A stretch of DNA of 64,000 nucleotides. Origin: Syntrophaceae bacterium (lineage in GTDB: Bacteria > Desulfobacterota > Syntrophia > Syntrophales > UBA2185). Every line of letters begins with the position of its first letter. Position 1 is the stretch's first letter. Both the position numbers and the translations under genes were made by a program. Below the pieces are notes generated by a model, which ran no database searches, was not told the origin of the DNA, and worked only from the letters and a program-made list of their open reading frames with translations. Of this stretch, positions 57,963-64,000 are shown piece after piece. The stretch covers positions 127,325-191,324 of the forward strand of contig PMBI01000050.1 of assembly GCA_003153775.1 (NCBI GenBank), in the 5' to 3' direction.

Positions 57963-58844
57963 ATGAAGCAAGCAGATGTTAGACAAAAAAGGCGGCGCTC
58001 ACCGATGAAGAAGATCGGTATTGCCCTGGGCGCAGGCGGTGCCAAAGGATTGGCGCACGTGCTGATACTCGAAGCGCTGGATGAGCTTGGACTAAAACCA
58101 TCCTATGTCACGGGGACCAGTACCGGCGCCATTGTGGGCGTTCTTTATTGTTCGGGATTGAGCGCAAAGGACTTAAAGCAGGTTATCAGCCATATAAGTA
58201 TCGGTGAAAACGATACACTGAAAGACGTTATGACCAAGAAGCATATGTTCAAGTGGCTGAATTTCATGGCGCCGCAATTTGACGGCCATGGTTTCCTGAA
58301 TGCGGAACGGTTCATAAACTATCTCTTCGAATCCATCGAGGCGAGGACATTCGAGGAGCTTGTAATTCCTCTGCGCGTCGTCGCTTCTGACTTTTGGACC
58401 CGCGAGCAGGTGGTGCTTGACGAGGGAGAATTGGCGCCGGCTATACAGGCAAGCATGTCGCTGCCCGGTGTGTTTACGCCCGTCACCATGGGGGAGAATG
58501 TCTTAATCGACGGCGGGGCGGTCAACCCCGTGCCTTTTGACCTCCTGCCAAGCGATTGCGACCTCACCATTGCCGTTGATGTTATCGGACGCCGTGACGC
58601 AGGCCCGGACCGCATGCCGTCGCTGCAGGAAGCTATTTTTAACACCTTTCAAATCATGGAGAGAAGCATCGTCCGCGAAAAATTGCGCAATTCGTCGCCG
58701 GATATTTACATCGAGATTGAAATTTCGAATATTCGTGCTCTGGAATTCTACAAGGCGGACCAGGTGTTTAAACAGGCGCAAACGGCCAAGGATCAGCTTA
58801 AACGTGAGTTGGAGAAGCGAATCTATCTCCACAACAGTTCATAA
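57963..58844 (+). CDS. Patatin-like phospholipase (start may be at 58005)
   Basis: GAGGAKGLAHVLILEAL oxyanion motif, GTSTGA (GxSxG), DGGAVNPVP (Asp of the dyad). Confidence 0.8.
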   Translation: MKQADVRQKRRRSPMKKIGIALGAGGAKGLAHVLILEALDELGLKPSYVTGTSTGAIVGVLYCSGLSAKDLKQVISHISIGENDTLKDVMTKKHMFKWLNFMAPQFDGHGFLNAERFINYLFESIEARTFEELVIPLRVVASDFWTREQVVLDEGELAPAIQASMSLPGVFTPVTMGENVLIDGGAVNPVPFDLLPSDCDLTIAVDVIGRRDAGPDRMPSLQEAIFNTFQIMERSIVREKLRNSSPDIYIEIEISNIRALEFYKADQVFKQAQTAKDQLKRELEKRIYLHNSS

Positions 58845-58853
58845 TACAGGCTG

Positions 58854-60293
58854 TCATCCTTTGATACATCCTAATGCCCGAAGCTTTGCGACCTTCCTGG
58901 AGATGCCTGCCCTGTGAACCACTTCCACCACCTGATCTAAATCCTTATACGCCTCCGGCATCTCTTCACTTAGGGTTCCCTTGCCTGTTGCCATTATGAT
59001 GATGCCCTTGGCGGCCATTTCACGTTCTATCGATCTTCCACGGCTTGCCTTTTTCGCCTGGGTGCGGCTCATGACGCGCCCCGCGCCGTGGCAGGTGCTT
59101 CCGAAGGTCTCCGCAAAGGCTTTCTCCGTCCCCGTGAGTACATACGAGCCCGTCCCCATATCGCCGGGTATCAATACAGGCTGGCCTGTATTTGCATACC
59201 GCGCCGGAAGGGCCGGATGGCCGGGTGGGAAAGCACGGGTCGCTCCCTTCCTGTGAACGCACAGCTTCGTCTCTTTACCATCGACGACAAATGTTTCGAT
59301 CTTGGCGATATTGTGGCAGACGTCGTAAAGCAATGTCATGCCCAAATCGCGGGGCCCTTTTTTCAGGGTCTGTTCGAAGGTCTCACGCGTCCAGTGCATC
59401 ATCATCTGACGATTGGCCCAGGCATAATTGGCGGCACAGGCCATGGCGGCAAGGTATTCCTTCCCCCGGTTTGACGTGAGATACGCGCAGGCAAGCTGCC
59501 TATCGGGAAGGGAGACGTCCAGTTCGCCAAGATGCTTGACCATCCTCGCCAGATAATCATCGCAGACTTGATAGCCAAGTCCCCGCGAGCCGCTATGAAT
59601 GAGAACGCAGATCTGATCCTCTTCAAGGCCAAAGGCAGCGGCGGCCGTTCTATCGAAGATCTCCTCGACAACCTCGATCTCCAGAAAATGATTGCCCGAT
59701 CCGAGCGTTCCCAACTGCTCCCGTCCGCGCTCGATAGCCCTGGCGCTTATCATTTCGGGATCGGCGCCTGCCATCTTACCTCTGTCTTCCGTGGCCTCCA
59801 GATCCTCATGTGTGCCGTATCCCCGCTCCACCGCCCATTTGGCCCCTTCGATGAGAACCTTTTTTTCTTCATTAGCGGAGAGCTTGAGGTCGCTCTTCGA
59901 GCCCACACCGGTAGGGATATGATGATACAGGGCGCTTATCAGTTCTTTTAAACGATCCCTTATGTCTCCATGAGCAAGGCGGGTCGTCACCAGCCGGCAT
60001 CCGCAGTTGATGTCATAGCCCACGCCGCCGGGAGAAATAACTCCATCCTGAAGACCGAAAGCAGCGACGCCGCCTATCGGGAAGCCGTAACCCCAGTGCA
60101 TATCAGGCATGGCCAGAGAATATTTCACAATCCCGGGGAGGTGCGCCACATTGGCCACCTGCTTTGGACTCTCGTCCGAACCCATTTCCCTGATGAGGCG
60201 CTCACTCGAATAGATGATCCCGGGTACCCTCATGCTGCCCGTCTGAGGAATCATCCACCGGCAATCGTCGATCTTCTTGAGTTCAGACATCAA
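58854..60293 (-). CDS. rtcB: RNA-splicing ligase RtcB
   Basis: GYDINCG, HSGSRGLG, GDMGTGSY and CHGAGR motifs. Confidence 0.9.
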   Translation of the reverse strand: MMSELKKIDDCRWMIPQTGSMRVPGIIYSSERLIREMGSDESPKQVANVAHLPGIVKYSLAMPDMHWGYGFPIGGVAAFGLQDGVISPGGVGYDINCGCRLVTTRLAHGDIRDRLKELISALYHHIPTGVGSKSDLKLSANEEKKVLIEGAKWAVERGYGTHEDLEATEDRGKMAGADPEMISARAIERGREQLGTLGSGNHFLEIEVVEEIFDRTAAAAFGLEEDQICVLIHSGSRGLGYQVCDDYLARMVKHLGELDVSLPDRQLACAYLTSNRGKEYLAAMACAANYAWANRQMMMHWTRETFEQTLKKGPRDLGMTLLYDVCHNIAKIETFVVDGKETKLCVHRKGATRAFPPGHPALPARYANTGQPVLIPGDMGTGSYVLTGTEKAFAETFGSTCHGAGRVMSRTQAKKASRGRSIEREMAAKGIIIMATGKGTLSEEMPEAYKDLDQVVEVVHRAGISRKVAKLRALGCIKG

Positions 60294-60699
60294 AAATCAC
60301 CCTTGCCGTCCACATGCCATGGGCTTCTTTCACGGCTGCCTGATGATACGTTACCGCCTTGATCTCCGTATTTATCGTATGCTTTGCGGGATCAAAAGGC
60401 GCCCCCGCAACCTTCCCCACTAAGCGCCGCGGGTCGATATCAATTATGGAAAACTCTTTGAGCAAGAGACCTTCGCCATTATACATATAGAGAACCTCCC
60501 GCAGATAGTTCACCAGGAGGTCTTCCCAGCCGTCACCAGCCACAACTATTTTTCTTTCTACGATGGGACTCACATGCGAGAGGTCGGCAAGAATATCAAA
60601 GACGGCGAAGGCGGCATTGGCAAACAACTCGTTTGCAGTCTTGCCATATGCCTCCACTCCCACGTCCGCCGTATGATCAAACAGCTTGTATCTGTGCAT
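60283..60699 (-). CDS. Archease
   Basis: MHRYKLFDHTADVGVEAYG and a C-terminal KAVTYH pattern. It is translationally coupled to rtcB (11-nt overlap). Confidence 0.8.
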   Translation of the reverse strand: MHRYKLFDHTADVGVEAYGKTANELFANAAFAVFDILADLSHVSPIVERKIVVAGDGWEDLLVNYLREVLYMYNGEGLLLKEFSIIDIDPRRLVGKVAGAPFDPAKHTINTEIKAVTYHQAAVKEAHGMWTARVIFDV

Positions 60700-60793
60700 T
60701 TCAGTAGTCGCGGGTTTCGCAATAAAATTACGCCGGGCCTGTTGAAATTGCCGCACTCACTTTCTTCGCTCGTAATGGCAAAGGGAAATTATG

Positions 60794-63313
60794 TCACTCC
60801 TCTTCCTCGTCGTCTGCGGCGAATTCAAGCTCGTTTACGGGTTCCTCCTCTGCATCTTCCTGCGGCAGGCCGTTTTCTTTTTCTTCCGATTCTCGCTCGG
60901 CGCGGGCCACACCGACCAGTTTCTCATCGGGATCGATCTCGATCAGCCTTACTCCTTGAGTACTTCGATGAAGAAGTGGAACTTCCGCAACCTTCAGGCG
61001 TATGATCTTCCCGGCATTGCTGATCAGCATGATGTCTTCATCGCCCGTAACCTGAAGAACACCGGAGACATTTCCCACCTTGGAAACTGTTTTGAGATTT
61101 ATAACCCCCTGGCCGCCGCGGCTTTGCCGGCGGTATTCTTCCACTTCGGTGCGCTTGCCGTAGCCGTTTTCAGAAACAGTTATAATGGAATTGCCTTCCG
61201 AAGGTATCTCCATCCCGACCACGGCATCATCATCGTCCATGCGAATGCCGATAACGCCCCTCGCCGTTCTCCCCATATCCCGGACGTCCTCTTCATGGAA
61301 AAGGATGGACTGGCCTTTCCTCGTCCCCAAAAAGACATCCTGATCCCCGTGGGTCAACTGGACGGCAATGAGTTCGTCTCCCTCGTCAATGGATATGGCA
61401 ATGATTCCCCCGGACCGCGGGTTCGAATAGGCTGCAAGATCTGTCTTTTTTGTTATGCCCTTTCTTGTCACCATAATCACATACTTCCCCTCGACAAACT
61501 CCCGGACGGGAAGTATTGCCGCCACCCGTTCTCCCGGCGACAGATTGACGAGGTTGACAATCGCCTTCCCTTTCGATGCCCGTCCGGCCTGGGGAATCTG
61601 GTAAACCTTGAGCCAGTATACCCTTCCCAAATTCGTAAAGATCAGTACATAGTTATGGGTGGAGGCGATGAATATCTTCTCGACAAAATCCTCCTCCTTG
61701 GTTCCCATGCCGACCTTCCCCTTGCCGCCCCGGCGCTGGCTCCTGTACAGGCTGACGGCATTCCTCTTAATGTAGCCAGAGTGGGACACGGTCACCACCA
61801 TGTCTTCTTCCACGATCATGTCCTCGATATCAATGTCCTCCACGCTTTCCACGATCTCCGTGCGTCTCTCGTCGCCATACTTTTTCTTGATCTCTTCCAG
61901 TTCCGCCACGATGATATCGAGCACCTTCTTGGGGTCATCGAGAATCCCCTGCAACTGGGCGACCAGCCGGGTGAGTTCCGCGTACTCATCATCGATCTTG
62001 GCACGCTCGAGACCTGTAAGCCTCTGCAGGCGCATGTCGAGGATAGCCCGCGCCTGGATCTCCGACAGGCCGAACTTTTGCGTCAGGGCCTGCGCCGCCT
62101 CTTGGGGACTCTTGGATTTCTTGATCAGCTGAACTACGGCATCGATATTGTTAAGGGCGATGATGAGTCCTTCGAGGATATGGGCCCGTTCTTTCGCTTT
62201 CCTGAGATCAAAGATCGTCCTGCGCGAGATGACTTCCTTGCGGAAGTCCACAAATTTCTGGAGGACTTCTTTAAGATTGAGGACCCGCGGCTGGTTGCGG
62301 TCGATCGCCAGCATGATGACCCCGAAGCTCGTCCCCATCTGTGTATGCTTGTACAGTTGGTTGAGGATCACGCCGGATGGCTCGTCCTTCTTCAAGTCTA
62401 TGACGATCCTTATCCCGTCCCGGTCCGATTCATCCCTGAGATCGGAGATGCCCTCCAGCTTCTTCTCTTTCACGAGCTCGGAGATCTTCTCGATGAGATT
62501 GGCCTTATTCACGAGGTAGGGGAGTTCCGTCACGACGATGCTCTCACGGTCGTTCCTCGCGTTTCTCTCGATGCTCGACCTGGCCCTCATGCGTATGGAA
62601 CCCCTCCCCGTAGTATACGCGGAGACGATCCCGTCCCTCCCGTTGATGAAACCGGCCGTCGGGAAATCAGGGCCTTTGATATGAACCATCAGTCCTGGAA
62701 CCGTGATCTCCGGATCGCGTATCAGGGCGATTGTCCCGTCGATAAGCTCGCTTAAATTATGAGGAGGAATGTTTGTCGCTACACCCACGGCAATTCCGGA
62801 AGTGCCATTGAGCAGAAGCGCAGGCATACGCGCAGGCAGTACGGTGGGCTCTTCCATGGAGGCGTCATAGTTCGGAACAAAATCTACTGTTTCTTTTTCA
62901 AGGTCGGCAAGCATCTCCTCTGCAAGCCTCGCCATGCGGATCTCTGTGTAACGCATCGCCGCAGGCGGGTCTCCGTCGACGCTCCCGAAATTTCCCTGAC
63001 CGTCAATCAGGGGATAGCGCATGGAGAAGTTCTGGGCCATGCGGACAAGGGTATCATAGGCGGCGGTATCGCCGTGGGGGTGATACTTACCGATGATATC
63101 CCCGACGATCCTGGCGGATTTCTTATAGGCCTTGTTCCAGACGTTTCCCATTTCCGACATGGCGAAGAGCACACGGCGATGGACCGGTTTCATGCCGTCC
63201 CGGACGTCCGGGATGGCGCGGCCGATGATCACGCTCATCGCGTAATCCATATAGGATTTCTTCATTTCATCTTCGATATTGATGGGGATGTTCTTCTGGA
63301 AAAGCTGCTCCAT
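60794..63313 (-). CDS. gyrA: DNA gyrase subunit A
   Basis: [34 protein letters not shown], six C-terminal beta-pinwheel repeats and an acidic tail. Confidence 0.95.
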   Translation of the reverse strand: MEQLFQKNIPINIEDEMKKSYMDYAMSVIIGRAIPDVRDGMKPVHRRVLFAMSEMGNVWNKAYKKSARIVGDIIGKYHPHGDTAAYDTLVRMAQNFSMRYPLIDGQGNFGSVDGDPPAAMRYTEIRMARLAEEMLADLEKETVDFVPNYDASMEEPTVLPARMPALLLNGTSGIAVGVATNIPPHNLSELIDGTIALIRDPEITVPGLMVHIKGPDFPTAGFINGRDGIVSAYTTGRGSIRMRARSSIERNARNDRESIVVTELPYLVNKANLIEKISELVKEKKLEGISDLRDESDRDGIRIVIDLKKDEPSGVILNQLYKHTQMGTSFGVIMLAIDRNQPRVLNLKEVLQKFVDFRKEVISRRTIFDLRKAKERAHILEGLIIALNNIDAVVQLIKKSKSPQEAAQALTQKFGLSEIQARAILDMRLQRLTGLERAKIDDEYAELTRLVAQLQGILDDPKKVLDIIVAELEEIKKKYGDERRTEIVESVEDIDIEDMIVEEDMVVTVSHSGYIKRNAVSLYRSQRRGGKGKVGMGTKEEDFVEKIFIASTHNYVLIFTNLGRVYWLKVYQIPQAGRASKGKAIVNLVNLSPGERVAAILPVREFVEGKYVIMVTRKGITKKTDLAAYSNPRSGGIIAISIDEGDELIAVQLTHGDQDVFLGTRKGQSILFHEEDVRDMGRTARGVIGIRMDDDDAVVGMEIPSEGNSIITVSENGYGKRTEVEEYRRQSRGGQGVINLKTVSKVGNVSGVLQVTGDEDIMLISNAGKIIRLKVAEVPLLHRSTQGVRLIEIDPDEKLVGVARAERESEEKENGLPQEDAEEEPVNELEFAADDEEEE

Positions 63314-63344
63314 ATTTTCAAGTCCTCACTATGCGTTTTCGCTT

Positions 63345-63386
63345 CTAAAAACACCTGCAATTTCAAGCATTAACACGGCAGGTGTT
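63345..63386 (-). promoter_or_regulatory. Terminator-like hairpin in the gyrB-gyrA spacer / gyrA leader
   Basis: 9-bp perfect stem aacacctgc/gcaggtgtt with a 19-nt loop. On the minus strand it is followed by UUUUU. It lies about 30 nt upstream of the gyrA ATG. Confidence 0.3.
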
Positions 63387-63604
63387 CTATGAAAACATAT
63401 ACCATTTTTTACCAAATAAGTCGCGTCATTTTTTATCTTTTTGGTGGGTTAAAATGCGGGAATTTCAAACGCTGCTATGTCCTTGACACTGGCGGTGAGA
63501 AAGTTAAAAACAGATAAATAATTCATCCGGATATTCATTTAGAACTTCCAAACACTCTCCGCATTTTACGTGATTTCAATAGTTCTTATTAGAACAATGT
63601 ATCC

Positions 63605-64000
63605 TCACACATCCAGGTTCGAGGCATAGAGGGCGTTCTTGTAGATGAATTCTTTGCGGGGTTCTACATGGTCGCCCATGAGGGTGGTGAAGATTTCGTC
63701 GGCGGTGACATAGTCTTCCAGCTTGACCTGGAGAAGGGTTCTCTTGTCCGGGTTCATGGTGGTCTCCCAGAGCTGCTCGGGGTTCATCTCGCCGAGACCC
63801 TTGTAGCGCTGGATGGAAAGCCCCTTCTGCCCCATCGCCGTCACATATTCCACCAGGGCCGTCATGCTTGCGAGTTCCTTCTTGCCCTTTTCCTCGTCGT
63901 CCGTAACCACCGTGTAGGGCGGCTCGCCGATGGCGCTCACCTGATTGAGGAGCTCCTTGATTTCGATAAATCTCGGTGATTTGAATATCTCGCGGTCAAG
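63605..64000 (-). CDS. gyrB: DNA gyrase subunit B, C-terminal fragment (runs off the window)
   Basis: [35 protein letters not shown]. The frame stays open to position 64000. Confidence 0.9.
   Translation of the reverse strand, partial: LDREIFKSPRFIEIKELLNQVSAIGEPPYTVVTDDEEKGKKELASMTALVEYVTAMGQKGLSIQRYKGLGEMNPEQLWETTMNPDKRTLLQVKLEDYVTADEIFTTLMGDHVEPRKEFIYKNALYASNLDV

Noticed and set aside
57963-60699. Patatin-like lipase next to rtcB/archease, with nucleotide-signalling genes nearby, considered as a CBASS-like or other defence system.
   Set aside because: No CD-NTase, SMODS, TIR, STING or other sensor/effector partners are present. The patatin gene and rtcB are convergent, so they are not co-transcribed. 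rtcB with archease is a standard RNA-repair pair.
60791-62755. 654-aa plus-strand ORF. Similar long ORFs lie at 25778..27001, 39732..40577, 38222..38854, 20118..20843, 13453..14067 and 17025..17576.
   Set aside because: All lie antisense to strongly supported genes (gyrA, the AbfD paralogues, the acyl-CoA dehydrogenase, the RND components, the mutase). Their translations are Arg/Pro/Gly/His-rich low-complexity sequence with no family resemblance. They are shadow ORFs typical of GC-biased coding DNA.
1-64000. Search for tRNA, rRNA, CRISPR arrays, IS elements and integrases. This included a T-loop-like ttcgaatc at about 24667.
   Set aside because: No cloverleaf-compatible context, no regularly spaced direct repeats, and no transposase- or integrase-like ORFs were seen. 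The ttcgaatc lies inside the MerB-family coding frame.

Overview
This looks like a chromosomal segment from a strictly anaerobic bacterium. The gene content suggests a syntroph- or sulfate-reducer-like deltaproteobacterium, but that is inference only. I support about 70 protein genes and found no rRNA, tRNA, CRISPR array, transposase or integrase.

Content in window order:
- Mrp/NifX-like/DUF134 cluster, PbpG-like DD-peptidase, pssA, and a small AT-rich two-gene islet.
- NifS-like/IscU pair, Cache-HAMP class III nucleotide cyclase, and a split B12 acyl-CoA mutase.
- RND efflux operon.
- A redox cluster with two 4-hydroxybutyryl-CoA dehydratase paralogues.
- A Fur-linked operon made up mostly of uncharacterised genes.
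- An ars operon, a polyferredoxin/DUF362 pair, ftsH and a thioredoxin.
- A GGDEF/HD-GYP signalling operon, paaK plus an ACT-domain gene, a patatin-like lipase, rtcB/archease, and gyrA with the 3' end of gyrB.

Main result: the ORF track splits or misses three genes because they carry in-frame TGA codons. Each TGA sits on a catalytic or redox-active Cys position and is followed by a SECIS-like hairpin whose apical loop starts 18-20 nt downstream.
1. A MerB (organomercurial lyase) family gene at 24244..24948 has two such TGA codons, at the equivalents of catalytic Cys96 and Cys159. This is the most interesting object in the window.
2. A CoA-disulfide reductase/NADH oxidase family gene at 27497..28831 has TGA at the redox Cys.
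3. A glutaredoxin-like gene with a UPFC motif at 43415..43660 ends the ars operon.

Secondary observations:
- A NifS/IscS-like protein lacks the PLP lysine.
- A Fur-headed operon of unknown function (Tat-exported MBL protein, aromatic-rich membrane protein, HdrD-like Fe-S protein).
- An AT-rich islet with a DUF5343-like gene and a PD-(D/E)xK-like gene.
- A secreted protein built from 14-residue tandem repeats.
- Several repeat and operator-like DNA elements.
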